This document shows positions 1 to 13,778 of a stretch of 64,000 bases of DNA, piece by piece. The notes beneath the pieces are model-generated. The model was given only the letters and a program-made list of their open reading frames with translations. It was not told where the DNA came from and ran no database searches. How positions within the stretch are numbered: the first letter of the stretch is position 1; each line of letters begins with the position of its first letter. Source of the DNA: Lytechinus pictus (Eukaryota); assembly GCF_037042905.1 (NCBI RefSeq), contig NC_087252.1, positions 310,001 to 374,000 of the forward strand, given 5' to 3'. The position numbers and the translations under genes were made by a program.

Positions 1-609
1 AGTAACATGAAATCTACTGCTTTTATGTTTCAGTATTATATAACATAAAATCTACTGATTTTAACCAGTAAAAATAAAAATGACACGTTATAATATGACT
101 CTCTAGGACACACTTTACTGTGTTATCATGATAATGGGTACTGACACAAAAGTAAATCCTTGATCAATATAAAAACCTATAATTCTGAGCTAATATGAGT
201 TGTTTCACAAAGCTTTATGGTCTATTTGCACATGATTTCGAATGCATGCAATTATTTACATTTCCAAACTGATTTCAGTGCAACATGAAGTACTGTATAG
301 TCATGATTTTGTGTGTTGATGCATCTTTACCCCTTGATTTAGAAATCAACTTTATAAGATCACTGAATTGACCATCATGATTTGTATCTCACAAAGAATT
401 TTGCTCATGATTCCCAAATGTAAGCACCTTGCAATGTAGATTTCCACACTGATATTAAAATAATGTTGAGTTGAACGCACTGTACATGTATTGTGTTATC
501 ATTAAAGTGTTTAGTGCACATTGAAACACCATTAAACCATCGTCTTCAAAATCAGCATTATTTATATAATGCAGCTTATCATGAGTTGTTCCACAAAGAG
601 TGTGACTTA

Positions 610-760
610 TACCTTGGTCACATTTGCTCTACGGCGAGTCGAAAACAGCCGTTTTATTAATTCTAATTCAAACCACCTAGATGTAGTTGGTACAAAAATG
701 TTAAAACAGCTGTTTTCGACTCGCCGTACGGCCGCCGTAGAGCAAATGTGACCAATGTAT
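610..760. mobile_element. palindromic MITE
   Basis: TIRs ttggtcacatttgctctacggcg / cgccgtagagcaaatgtgaccaa plus internal inverted gagtcgaaaacagc arms. Confidence 0.75.
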
Positions 761-962
761 TAATAATAATAGGCAGTTCTTGTATAGCGCATAACACATT
801 ATGAATAACTTCTCTATGCACTTCCAAAGGACTTGGATATTATTACCCCAGCTATAGCTCTGAAAGCAGCCTTCCAGCGCTCAGTGCATTTCAAGGAATA
901 AATTCCTGTCAGGTACCCATTCACCTCACCTGGGTTGAGTGCAGCACAATGTGGATAAATTA
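760..962 (-). mobile_element. tRNA-derived SINE, 5'-truncated
   Basis: Same body and (TAT)n tail as the copies at 4717-5006 and 45968-46243. Confidence 0.75.
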
Positions 963-1310
963 ATATTGCATTTTAAATTTCTAATAGCATGAGATTACAT
1001 AACCCCAGGGTCTGGTCAAACTATATCTCTGATGCTATGTGCATACCTCACCCTGTATTTTTGTTCAGATTTTTTTTGGGTACACAATTATATCAATCCT
1101 TCTGAAAAAGAAACTATGAAAAGATCAAGTCTCAACTTCTCCAAGCAAGAAAATAAACTTTTTTGTTCATGAGAGAATTCATTTTATAAGTCAAGATGCA
1201 TGGTTTTCACAAGTGATTTCTAAAAGATGTAGATGATTATTTCATGCATAAATGCTTCCATCTCTAATGTCTTTTGCAATGAAATAATTCATTTAAAATC
1301 AGGATGATTC

Positions 1311-2425
1311 TTAAGAAGCATGGGTTTTCATATGTACTTTAAGAGTGCTCCTTTCCCGAAAGCTCTTCCCACAAACAGAACACGGATAGGGTTTCTCTCC
1401 TGTATGGATCCTCATATGACGCTTGAAATCGTTCTTTTTTCCAAATTTTTTCTCACAAACCGAGCACGAAAACGGCTTTTCTCCCGTGTGAATTTTCTGA
1501 TGATCCACAAGCCGACTCTTGTCAGAGAAAGTTTTGCCACAAGACGCACAATTAAAGGGTCTCTCTCCTGTGTGGATTCTTACATGTCTCGTTAGATGGG
1601 CAGTTTGTGAAAACGTCTTGTTACAAAATGAGCACACGTAGGGCTTTTCACCTGTATGAGATCTTGTGTGTCTTGCGAGTGTATCAACGCGACTGAACCT
1701 CATATCGCAGTACACACACTGATGTGGCTTTTCACCCGTATGGGTTTTGATGTGAGCGTCCAGGCTTGTCCTTCGGGCGTACGTCTTCTCGCAAAATGGA
1801 CACTGCTGGCTCTTTTCTCCCGAATGAACCGCCATATGTAACTTGAGATGACATCTTTCACTGAAGCTTTTGTCACAAATAGTACACACATATGGCTTCT
1901 CACCTGTATGGCTTCTCATGTGTCTCTTCAGTCCATTGCTGAATTGAAATCGTTTCTTGCAGAAGGTGCATTCGTGAGGTCTCTCTTCAGCATGTATCTG
2001 CATGTGTCTGGTTAAGCTTGTCACAAGGGTGAACCCTCTATTGCAAAATGAACACAGGAATTGCTTGCCTTCAGCAGGATTGTACATAGGATTGTTTGGA
2101 TCACCTCCAGAGGCATATACCTGGGAAGATAGGCCCTTTTCGCGTGCTATTGCAGTATCTTTATTCGAATCCAATCCTCCCTGATCAGGGTGCGACACGG
2201 CAGCACTGCCAGAAGAATAGTGTCCATGAAAATAATCCACTGTATCGTACTCACTTATGCTACTCTCATTGTCAGATAATATATCAGATTGGTTTCGAAG
2301 CACAGCCACCAATGGGAAATCCTCTGGAAGATGTTTCCCATGTGACCTGTCACATGATGTATCACCTGACATTTCCTCAGTGTTTCCCGTCCCTTGAGAG
2401 GTGCTCTGCATACTTGGATTCCCAC
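1311..2425 (-). CDS. C2H2 zinc-finger gene, last exon with nine tandem Kruppel-type fingers
   Basis: Acceptor ttgtactcag|GT in phase 1 with exon 3; nine CxxC-x12-HxxxH units with TGEKP-type linkers; stop TAA at 1311-1313. Confidence 0.95.
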
Positions 2426-3600
2426 CTGAGTACAAGAGCAGGGTGAAATATCCAACGCTGATTTACAATGTGTTGATTCAGTAAAATCACAGCAGAAATA
2501 AGGGGCGCAATCAACCCTACTCTTTTACTCTTACATCATAATGAAGTTATGCAAAACTCAACCAACTCCTGAAACATCCATAGACTAAAAAAGCAAAATT
2601 ACTAGTGGGTTTAATTTTCACAATCACAGTATAACAAAATTTGACAACTGGACAGAAAAAAAATTAAGGCTCAACAGCAGGTACAGATGCAAGTTTTTTG
2701 ACGAGCAGAGTAAGACAACATCAATGTAGAAATAGATTTCATATGAAGCTAGAAATATCAGTGAAGATTATTAATACCCCACCCTATCCTGACAGCTTCA
2801 GGTGAGGGACAAATATTTCATATGCCATTATCATGTCAGATATTGCACGAATGTGAGGAAAATCCAGCGACCCCTATTCTACAGAGACCAAACCAAATCT
2901 AAAACTTGAATCCTGACTGACATGGCAACACGGTAACCAACATACTTACATGATTCAACTAGAAAACCAATTTTATGCTTGGGCTCATGTCCAATGGACA
3001 AAAACTTTTTTTAATCGCAAGATTTTCTGACTTGTACCATATGCCATTATGACACCATACCCCACTACAATGGCAATTTGCAGTACCAGTGGCTCAGTCA
3101 AAAACTATATCTTGGAAGCCCACACTCAAAGACCAATGTGGTGCCAAGTGACACTGGGATGAGTTTGAGAAATAATTTGCATTGAAAGATTTGTAATGGA
3201 TGGACTAACTGACCAAAAACCCATCCACCCACCCAACGATGATCACGCCAAAAACATACAAATCTTGAAAAATAGCTTTTCCTTACAACTGGAGGAAAGA
3301 ACCCCATTTCCTGACCCTCTCTTATATGTGGAGTGTGAACCCCCTCCCACGAGAGTTAACATGTCTGTTGAAGTATTAAGTTAATGCACATAGGGGAGAT
3401 TTCCAGATGTACCATGTAGAGGCATATCTGCAGTTTATTAAGAGATCTTTGTCTTACATGTATAAATATGCACAGATAAATTCACAAGATCGAGATTGTG
3501 TTGGCTTTCTCAAGAGCCAGCAAAGTGATTTCTTTTAGTTTACTCTGATATCCCACTGACACACAAAATCATTTATATTTCACAAAATATATATACAAAC

Positions 3601-4040
3601 CTTGCTGGCTGCAGGATGGTGTGTCATGGAGATTGGAGCCTACAGCTTCACCTTCAGTACTGTCTTCAGGTTCTTCCTTTATAAAGCAAATCAACGTCCT
3701 TTCTGATGATTGAGGAACCTCCATCTCCTTGTCATCATCATTGTCTTCTGTCCAGCCTTCTTCTGACCTTCCATCCACCATGGAATCATCACGGTCCACT
3801 TCTTGCTGACCATGTGTTTCTAGCGCTTCCGATCCACCATCTCCGGTCAGTCTTCCTTCTAAATTACCATGCTCTAAGGAAGTCTCAGCAGTTCCTCTTG
3901 GTTTCTCTGCCTTGTCTTCCTGCAAGGGATTCTGTTCTGTCAAAGTGTCCTTCAGGTCTTCTTCCTTGACAATGCTGTATGTCTCATATGGCTCCTCTTT
4001 GATTTCCTTGTCTAAGGTCACCTCGTTGTTTGCCATGGTT
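3601..4040 (-). CDS. C2H2 zinc-finger gene, coding exon 3 (acidic region with IKEE/VKEE motifs)
   Basis: Acceptor ctcttttcaag| at 4040, ORF 3569..4036, donor CAAG|gtttgt at 3601 (phase 1). Confidence 0.85.
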
Positions 4041-4716
4041 CTTGAAAAGAGAACATTATTAATATCATTAAAACACTGCCATTCAATTTCATTACTTTAG
4101 GGGTATGGCTACTTTTCTTAATTCTCATCTAACTGGGCTTTTTTGGGCTCTGGTATAACTTAGGGAGGGGGGGGGGGACAGATCCACCCCCCCTCCCCCC
4201 ATGAGATTTTGGCCAACAGCCATCAAATCGGCACATATATTTGACTTGGGTGGACATTTGATTGGATTCTGTACAAACTCATTTTGAAAGCATTGCCAAA
4301 ACTGCCATTTATCTTTCAGGTTATTTTGTCAGTATAGCACAAATAGAGAAATGAATAAGGACCCTCAAACTTTCCAAGGCTAAGAATTGGGGCATCGATG
4401 CCAGTCAACAGGGCATCCACAATCATGGTCTTGGATTAATCAAAGCCCTGGCAAGAATCTTTATAAACTTCCATGCAAATTTAACATCTACTTTGAGAAA
4501 TGTGCAACACAAAATTTACAACTTTTGGCCTAAAATGGAGGGGAAATGCCATGGTTATCCTATTGGGAGTTTCCATTTAAAACAATACAGCATCAATTGT
4601 GAATGTACCTTTTTAGTTTCAATTTAATTTTCTTAATAACCAATATATGGCCATATAATTTGCCATCAGGATACCAGATATATGAGCAAGCACTGGGCAT
4701 CTACAATCATATAAGA

Positions 4717-5006
4717 ATAATAATAATAACACAGTTCTTGTATAGCGCATATCACATTATATCATAACATTCCTATGAGCTTCCATAGGACTTGGACATC
4801 ATTACCCTGGCTTTAGCCCCGCAGCCTTTTACAGCGCGGTGGCATTTCAAGGAATGAATTTCTGCCAGGTACCCATACACCTCACCTGGGTTGAGTGCAG
4901 CAAAATGTGGATGAATTTCTTGCTGAAGGAAATTATGCCATGGCTGAGATTGAACCCACGACCCAATTTCAAAGTCAGAAGACTAATCCACTGGGCCACA
5001 ATGCTC
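4717..5006 (-). mobile_element. tRNA-derived SINE, near full length
   Basis: On the minus strand it has A-box-like tggcccagtgg, B-box-like ggttcaatctc, the shared body and a (TAT)n tail. Confidence 0.8.
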
Positions 5007-8000
5007 TACATCATCCAACTTTCAACCTTGTGTCCTCATATAAAAATCATCTAAAAAGAATCTCTGGGGCCCGTAACACAAAGCTTAGCAATGATCGTAA
5101 AACATTTTCTACGATTGATTCAATTGACTACAATGTACGATCAATCGCTAACCTTTGAGTTACAGGACCCTGATCAATGCGACAATCACACCAACAAAAC
5201 TTACTCCAAACTGACAGATGAAATGTTATAACTAGAGATGCTCGGCGGGTCGCGCGGCAGGGCACATGTACCCCCGAACCCATCGCGTCATAGATCATTG
5301 CGATATATAGAGCTCACACAGAAATTTGACAAATAAATACAATCATCATGGCGACAATGACCCTGCCCACATTTTGCCTGAGGGTACGAAATCTGATGAC
5401 AATAATATGACGCAGCAGCGTGACTCTGCAGAACCTAAAGTATTGTCCAGTAGCACCTGTTGGGGAATAAAATTATAGAGTAATCTGGATATATTTTGTA
5501 AACCTAGCCCCAAGACCCCCCCCACCAAAAATGATAGGCATTTTTGCTTTTATACATGTACATGTACCTTCGAATATTGCTTCTGTGTGCCAACTGTTAT
5601 TACAAACTGGAAACAAGGCAAACGCGATTTTGTGTCTCGCCCACTTATGAAAAAACCCAGAAATATCGTGATTTGCGAGGGCACGCAACAGAATTGTATC
5701 GAAACTTCATTGTGAAATGACTGGGATGGAATAACACTTGTCATAAGAGCCTTGCACGTACATGTAAACTTTAATGTTGACCTGAAAATGAACTTTGACC
5801 TTACCATGTGACCAGAGCTGCCAAGTTGTATTTTGCATTTTCAGTATTCTTATCCCCCAAAATCAGTATTTTGACAAAAAATCAGTATTTTTACAGTGTG
5901 AGATAGATATTTTGTATTTTTCCCCCCAAAAGTGTATTTCATAATAAAATGCTTGGCGCACTCGCCCATCACGGCGCTCAAGCTGCATGCAAGCTAAAAT
6001 GCGCACTGCTCTTGCAGATGAAAAAAAAAAAACATTGAAACTTGTGTATATCTCACCCTGGTTTTTACAAAATGATTGAAAAAAAAACAAGTTACCTGAA
6101 ATTACATTGATCTAATAAGCATATTTTTTTTTTTATACAAAAAACATATTTTTTAAAGTATACATCCAAAGAATCAAAAGTATTTTATAATGACTTTATG
6201 TGGTCATCATTGTAAAGGGGAAGTATTACTAATCAGATATATAACTTCACTTTTCAAAATAGTGATCAGAGATTGCAGAAATCAGCTCTCAAAAATGATT
6301 TATTTTCATGCCATATTTATGCCTTCCACCGGTCCTCTTGCGAGCTCCAGCTGAGTGACGTCACACAATGAGCAGTGAGCAGCTGAGCTGACAGCAGCCC
6401 ATTGGAGACGATCTTTCCAATCAGCGTTTTTTGCTCTTAGAATTGTTTATTCCTCTTAAGATTGGTCTTGTTATATAGATAAAAGTTTGAATTTACTGAA
6501 CAGTGAAAAAAAGTGCACATTTAACGTATTTTGGTAACCGATATTTAGCTTAGATTTTTTTTTTTTCAAGAAATATATGTGAATAAACAAAGCATATTTT
6601 CACGTAGAAATCACACTTGCGTCACATTAATGTTATAGTCAATATAAAGCATAGACATTCTTCTTTATGACTGAACAAAAATTATGAAATTTCATTAAGT
6701 AGCAAAGTCAGGAACCACAAAAAAACACGGCAATATCCATCGCGAAATGACTGAAATTGCAGTTGAATTGCCGAAGCATTATTAGGAAACAGCGGCGAGC
6801 GGACTTTCTTTCATATATCTTAAAAATGCCTTCCCATTAGGGCGATGGTCTGTGGCCAAATGCGTTGGCCATTGTTTTGTCATGTGCGAGGACCCTGGTT
6901 CGAAACTCTGATTTTTTTTTTTCTGGGTATTTTTTTTTTATTCCTTCCCCGTCCCTACCCATCTTTTTTTTCTCTTTTTATTTTCATGTGAAATTCTATT
7001 CAGACCTGTATTTATCAAATCTTGCTTCTTAATTGCTGCTTTTGATTTTCAAGTTCTTGATTAGATTATTTCTACTCTTATTTGGGACGGGAGGGGTAGA
7101 GTTAAAAGTCAAGTCCACATCAACTAAAAATTATTTGAATAGAGTAATTTCCCTTGTGGTTTTTACTCAAAACAGTCATATACACGAAACAATGATATGC
7201 AAATTAGAGTTGTCACTCACATCACATTCGTTTCTATTTTTTGTGGCATTTTGTTTTTTATTCTTTGCAGATTTGACGATAGGAAACTCTTCATCTGATC
7301 ACAATAGGTTATATTTACGGAACTGTTAAAATAGTAATTATATAAATTTGAATCAAAGTTTTTATGAAATTTCCTGCAATATCTTGTTATTTTTCTTTAA
7401 ATTCAAATGAATTTTTGATTGCGTGGACTTCTCCTTTACTCTTAATGTAGGGAATGCATAGCAAAATTTATCCAGAAACAAAATTGTCTTAGAATATGCA
7501 AATCAGTAATTGGACACATGTTCACTTTTCTTTCATCCAGGCCACTTCCTCACATCCACCAGGCTTTCAGTCTTATAACAAAAATGATGAACCATCACAC
7601 AACATTCACAGTGCTTCACAATAAATATTTCACTTCTGTTCATACATGCAATAAATATTCTGGAAAACAAATAAAAGGCGTACCCATATTCAAATACCGT
7701 TTAAAAGGACAAATATATTATACCTTTCCAGAAAAATCAGCACGTTAAATATCTGATAACAAAACATAATTATGGGGCACTGCAAGAAACTTATGTTCAA
7801 TTGCAAATCAAGCGTAAGTCTTAAATTCAAATTCAAGCGTAATAAGGTCGAGTTGCAATCGCAATTCAACTACATGTTTAATCAAAGGACTTACCCTTGA
7901 TTTGGGACGTGTGATTGAGTATAACATTTCTCGCAAAATGCCCTAGTAACATTAAAATTGTTCTTTCGTTTAAATTGTGTGTTATTATTTTTGACAAGCT

Positions 8001-8406
8001 GTATTCCTGTCCAAGTCAAATTTCTTAGTTCTCTCCAAAACTGTGCTCAAAATTGTTTCCAAGATTGATAAAGAATTTTTTTCTTTTGTATCATTATCAG
8101 TCCACATCTTGCAAACCGTAGGTCCTGGAAATAGTGAAGAAAAAAATGGCTATACCCAAATCATAGTAAAAGGACATGATGGAATCTCCCAGATTGAGGT
8201 AGCAAGCAGAGACCAGAAGTCACCAGAGTCAGCAAGTGTGAAGATCTGTGTGTAGAAGAGAGAAAAAAAGAAATAATCAAATCAAAGTATGAATTTAATT
8301 ATCGTGATGATTGATGACGTGCGGTGGCATGTAATTCCCGGTCAACAACAAATGATAGTATAGGTTTAGACACCTGAAAAGTTCCACTCAGAACACTGGT
8401 GCTCTA

Positions 8407-8559
8407 CCTCAAGTGATGTTTGTGTAGGCCCCACTCCACTTCACTACCGCTACACTATCGTACATGTACGCCACACCTACCCGGGTAGGTGTGTAGCGTA
8501 GTGTAGGCTGTAGCAGTACTCCAGTAGTGAAGTGGAGACTACACGAACATCACTTGAGG
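8407..8559. mobile_element. palindromic MITE flanked by TA
   Basis: ta|cctcaagtgatgtttgtgtag ... ctacacgaacatcacttgagg|ta. Confidence 0.75.
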
Positions 8560-8693
8560 TACGGTGCTCTCTGAGTCTCTGTGTCATTACAAAGATTGCA
8601 TTTATCTTCATTGTTGAAGGCATTACGCATACATATATGCAGCAACACTCTAATCAGAAAGAAACACCAGACTCTAATTTTGGCCCACCCAGT

Positions 8694-9310
8694 ACCCAAG
8701 GGTTCATTTTTTGCCGCCGCGCACAGAAAATTCAAGCCATAGAAGTCGTGGACCCAAGAAGTGAGATCCCAGCACGCGCGACCCACTAGTTAGAAATCCA
8801 CTGCCAAACGCGGTTCGTGGTTAGTATACTAATACTAACCTCGCAATACGTACTAGTAGTATACTAAATAATACTAACCACTCAATACGTGTGAGTGATT
8901 TTGGCCAGGAATCAGGGTAATCACTGCTGAAAATTTGTCTGGCTTCATGACATCGGCATCATGGTGATATAATTCTGTGTATAATAAAAACTTAAACATT
9001 CCTCTGAAACAGCAGATTTTCAGCCATGGTCCATACCACTCAGTGCTCCTAAATAATTTAATCGCCTGCCTGAGTCCCGACCAGTTTTAGAAATCTGAAG
9101 AAAAAATCTGCTGGAATTGTGCCACTCACACGTATTAAGTATACTAACCTCGTACCACGAACCGCGTTTGGCAGTGGATTTCTAACTAGTGGGTCGCGCG
9201 TGCTTAGCCTGGAGGCGTCTGGAATCTCACTTCTTGGGTCCACAACACACGACTTCTAATTCTATGGCTTGATTTTTCTGTGCGTGGCGGCATGTAATGA
9301 ACCCTTGGGT
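8694..9310. mobile_element. foldback/MITE with ~190-bp inverted arms
   Basis: 8694-8897 is the reverse complement (with indels) of 9124-9310: acccaagggttcatt..gcacgcgcgacccactagttagaaatccactgccaaacgcggttcgtgg. Confidence 0.8.
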
Positions 9311-10574
9311 GGAATTGTGCAAAAACATTATTTCTAAAATAAAAACTTTTTAATTTTAATAGTAGTTATGCCAAAATGCATGATTCTAAACTTATATCAG
9401 ATCTGTATCTGTCATCTGACCTGAATGCATCGTCAGAACAAGTACAGTTTCCAAACATGCTTACCTTGACTTTTGACTGGATCAAACAGCGTAGCCTGCA
9501 ACATGCATCGGGAGCAAGTGAATGGGACCGTGCAGCTTGGAGTTTTTCAATAGTTAGTAGAGCAACACAACGAAGACTGTCGAGTGGACAAAATCGATCT
9601 TTCCAGCTCCAGTTCACAATTCAATAAAAAACGGGCAAAATAACACAGTTCTGGTTCCCTTATAGTCTGAAGTTGTCGAAAACAGAATTCGGATGTCACA
9701 TTACATGAAGAAAACGGTAAATTCGGAAGATATTGAAGAGGTCAGTAAGGTGATTCAGTGTATTATGCACAGAGGGATACTGAGCTCGATTATTGTGTGA
9801 CGTCATTATTCTCGACTGTTTTCACTGCGTGAACTTTCGGTCTGGGGGCGGCTGGGGGGGCTGAGAAGGGTCTCTAATAATTTCATTTCTTGCATTTCCA
9901 CGACATCAATAAGACTTTTTAGTGACATATTTGTGTATAAAAAGACAAGACCTTTCCATTCATATATAATTTGTCTATAATCATCACTTTCGCGATTTTC
10001 TTTGGATGTATACTTTAAAGAAAAAACGTACTGCCATATTTTGGTTGCAAAAACGTAATAAATACGGCTAAAACGTACTGGTTGGCAGGTCTGTGTGACC
10101 TCTGACTGCAGCATAACATGCAGGTCCCCCAAGTCCATCTATCATCCAAGTTTGGTTGAAAAGTGACTTACGGTTCCGGAGTTAGGTGTCATAAGAGTCT
10201 TGCTTGTAAACTTTAATGTTGACCTGAAAATGACCTTTGACCTTATCATGTGACCTTCGACTGCAGCATAACATGCAGGTCCCAAAGTCCATCTACCATC
10301 CAAGTTTGGTTGAAAAGCGACTTACGGTTGCGGAGTTAGGTGTCATAAGAGTCTTGCATGTAAACTTTAACGTTGACCTGAAAATGACCTTTGACCTTAC
10401 CATGTGACCTCCGACTGCAGCATAACATGCAGGTCCCCAAGTCCATCTACCATCCAAGTATGGTTGAAAAGCGACTTACGGTTGTGGAGTTATGTGTTAT
10501 TAGGTTTGTGACGGACGGACGACATTTGGATCCCTAAGTCTCGCCTTCACCTCCGGTGGGCCAGACAAAAAAGC

Positions 10575-11412
10575 AGAAGTTACAGGTTTTACCGGGTTTC
10601 CACAAAATATGGTTTCCATGGCAACCATGTCTCCACCCACTCAAAAATCATTAGGTGGCTTTGCTCTACCATAATGGACCTTCATGACAAATTTGAAGAT
10701 AATCGGAGAAGAAACGCAGCCAGTAGAGCACTCACAAGGAAATCTCTGCTATTTCCTAAAAATCTCATTACCATGACAACGACGTCTGTGCCCACATCAA
10801 AATCAATAGGCACCTTTGCTTTACCATAATGGACCTTCATGCCACATTTGAAGATGATCGAAGAAGAAATGTAGCTGGTAGAGCACGCACAAGGACATCT
10901 CTGCTATTTCCACAAAAACTCTTGTTACCATGGCAACAATGTCTCCGCCCACACCAAAATCTATAGGTGGCTTTGCTTAATGGACCTTCATGCCACATTT
11001 GAAGATAGGAGAAAAAATGCAGCTGGTAGAGCGCTCACAAGGACATCTCTGCTATTTCCGAAAAATCTCATTACCATGACAACGACGTCTGTGCCCACAC
11101 CAAAATCAATAGGCACCTTTGCTTTAGCATAATGGACCTTCATGCCACATTTGAAGATGATCGAAGAAGAAATGTAGCTGGTAGAGCACGCACAAGGACA
11201 TCTCTGCTATTTCCACAAAAACTCTTGCCCACACGAAAATCGATAGGCGGCTTCGCTATACCATACTTGACCTTCAGGCCAAATTTGAAGATGATCCGAT
11301 CGGAGAAGAAATGCAGCTGATAGAGCACTCACAAGGAAATCTCTGCGGCGGCGGACGCTGCGCGACAAGGCCAAATCCCTATCTTCCGAACTCTGTTCAG
11401 GGGATACAATAA
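10575..11412 (+). mobile_element. second HINE-like element with a ~150-155-bp tandem array
   Basis: Units aatggaccttcatg..gaagat..agaagaaa..gtagagc start near 10671, 10826, 10979 and 11129; (GCG)n tract and a 3' hairpin-like end tatcttccgaactctgttcaggggata. Confidence 0.65.
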
Positions 11413-12724
11413 TGTAGTATTGGTCAGAAGGCAGTTTGTATTGCCCGAGAGAGAAAGGCACTAGTTTGATTGTGTACCTACTTTATATCAGCATTGCCAG
11501 CTTCACATTCTTCAGTCCTTTGATGACCTGCCTCAGTTAAGCTCTTACTGTAAAAGACATTGAAATAATTTAAAGTAGTAACGGATGCATTTTAATCTGC
11601 CTTGATCAGGTAAGACTTTCTCTCATACTTTGTCCCCAAAACACAAAATCAAAAGTGCTTGGCATTTATTAGGGATTCTATGGCCCATATTCTGAACTTG
11701 GGGTTTAATTTAAACCCTGGTTTAAAGTTGCAGTTTAACTATGGAGAGCCAATTGGGGCACAAATCTCTATTAACCATTATTAAACGGGGGGGGGGGGGG
11801 GGGGGGGGGGGGCCGCTCGCTGACTTTTTACTTTCAAGTCTTGCCCATCTTTTGAGACTAAATTTGCGACGCCCGGGTACGTGGTTCCGAAATTAGGCAA
11901 CATTTTGTAAGCGCATGTCGGTCCCAAATTGCTAAAAAGTCAATGCAAATTGTGTTTTTCAACTAAAAAACATAAATATATGATTATTTTTAATTTTGTT
12001 GGTTTAGATGGATTTATATTATGTTACTTATGGTCGCAAAAGGGTCTCCAACAAAGTTCATCGAAAAAACAAAGAAATACATAATTAAAAAAACAAGAAA
12101 ATACATAGGAAATCAATTATTTTTCGGCAATTTTTTAGTAGATTTTTGTTAGAAATGTGAAAATCTATAGGTTCACCAAAAATTAGCATTCTACTAGCTA
12201 TATAAATTGAGTTAAAGGCAAAACATAAAAAAAACATAAACAAAATTAGGGCAAATTTCATACGCTTATTTGCATATATTTAATTAATAGAAAAATATAA
12301 GCAATTAATTTTTTGAAAATTTTACTGTACAGCCTTGTAGTTCACATCCGGCTCTACGCGCGTGCAAATTTTTGTGGCGATCATGCAATCAACGACCGAG
12401 ATCTGAGTATATATGTTGGTCTGAAATAGCCCAGTTAAGATAGGGTTAAAACATGTTCAATTCATCTCTATTATGATACTCAAACATTACAACTGTCTCA
12501 GAATGATATATATATATATATTTTCTTCAATGTGAAAGCAAAGGGAAACAGAATAGTAATTGTAATAAATATACAATGTAAGCAGAATACAGTTATTGGC
12601 TCCCCATAATTTTAGCACAGAGTTAGACCATAGTCTTAAGTTAAACCTGCCCCCCCCCTTAATAACCCTGCTATAATTGACTTTTTCTTTTAACTAACAA
12701 GGAAAATTTTCTGAATATGATTAC

Positions 12725-12790
12725 CTCCTATGATTTGTACTCAGTCCCACAGTGTCGGTTTGGTGTCTCCAGCTTGTTGAATCTTTATAA
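12725..12790 (-). CDS. C2H2 zinc-finger gene, coding exon 2 (66 bp, phase 2-2)
   Basis: Acceptor ttccatgcag|, donor AG|gtaatc; stop-free in frame (SYKDSTSWRHQTDTVGLSTNHR). Confidence 0.68.
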
Positions 12791-13778
12791 CTGCATGGAA
12801 ATCAAGGGAGGAAAGTTTCAATTAGAAAGATGCTGTGGCTCTAGATGTTGAACCACAAGGTCTGGGGTTCAAAGCTCACCGCAGCACTTACATCCTCTGG
12901 CAAGGTCTAATAATCGACATGCCACTCTCCATCCTCGGCCTTGTTGCATAAAAATTACTATGATGATAACTTTGCCATCCAATTGTAACGATGATCAACA
13001 GCCAATCAGAATCAAGGATTTCATGCAAGTTACAATTGCATGGAAAAGTTTATTAGTAAGTACATGTAACATACTTCTATGCAAGGGCCCGGGTGTAATA
13101 CGAGCCTGGTATCTGCCCTGAAAGAAAAGAATTCCTTGAATACTTTATAAGTGCCCGATCAGGGTAGCTGTTAGCACAAAAGGAGGGATAATGGTATGCA
13201 GTGATTACATTAGACACATTGTATTATAAGTGCTAAATAAATGTTGCATTCTGGTAAATATATTTAAGAAAATCATCAAAATCTGATTTCAAGTAACATG
13301 TCATTATATTCATTAAGCAAACTGTACATGTAAGTACATGGGGGAGTTGAATAACTTGCTATAACTTGTCAACATGAAATTCAAAATTGATAACTTTCCC
13401 CTCTAATAATGTGAGATATTAAATGTGGAATAAATCTTTTATGAAATCATGTGGAAAGATATGCCTCACTTGTTTCAGGCAACATTTTTTTTATTTGACA
13501 ATCGTCACACGTATTAACAGCAAACTAGGACTTTTCAAATTTTCATAACTTTCTCAAATTCTATTTGGCCTAATAATTGGCCATTCATTCTATTCTTAAA
13601 GGTCAAGTCCACCCCGGTTTGTTTATTTGAATCGATAGAGAAAAATCAACAAAACATAATATTATATAATAAATAAACATATAATTTCTTTGGTTCAAGG
13701 GCAACTACCCCTGGACAATACCCCCCCCCCCCCCTGGACAACTACACTGTACCCCTATCCAAAAATCTACACCTAAAC

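Larger units (their letters stand above)
5813..10093. mobile_element. non-autonomous DNA transposon with a 6-bp TSD (hAT6-like)
   Basis: TIRs cagagctgccaa / ttggcaggtctg; TSD tgtgac at 5807-5812 and 10094-10099; interrupts a tandem repeat unit. Confidence 0.8.
5230..10572 (+). mobile_element. Helentron-type non-autonomous element (HINE/DINE-1-like) with a ~154-bp tandem array, split by a 4.3-kb insertion
   Basis: The repeat unit tcataagagtcttgcatgtaaactttaa..ccaagtttggttgaaa starts at 5741-5812 and resumes at 10094-10500; (GACG)n tract and 3' hairpin gtctcgcc..ggccagac followed by an A-run. Confidence 0.65.

Noticed and set aside
6848..6910. tRNA-like sequence with B-box ggttcgaaac
   Set aside because: No intact cloverleaf; it is a decayed SINE head or tRNA pseudogene fragment.
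10094..11290. Regularly spaced repeats that superficially resemble a CRISPR array
   Set aside because: The units are contiguous ~150-bp tandem repeats without unique spacers, there are no cas genes, and the context is eukaryotic.
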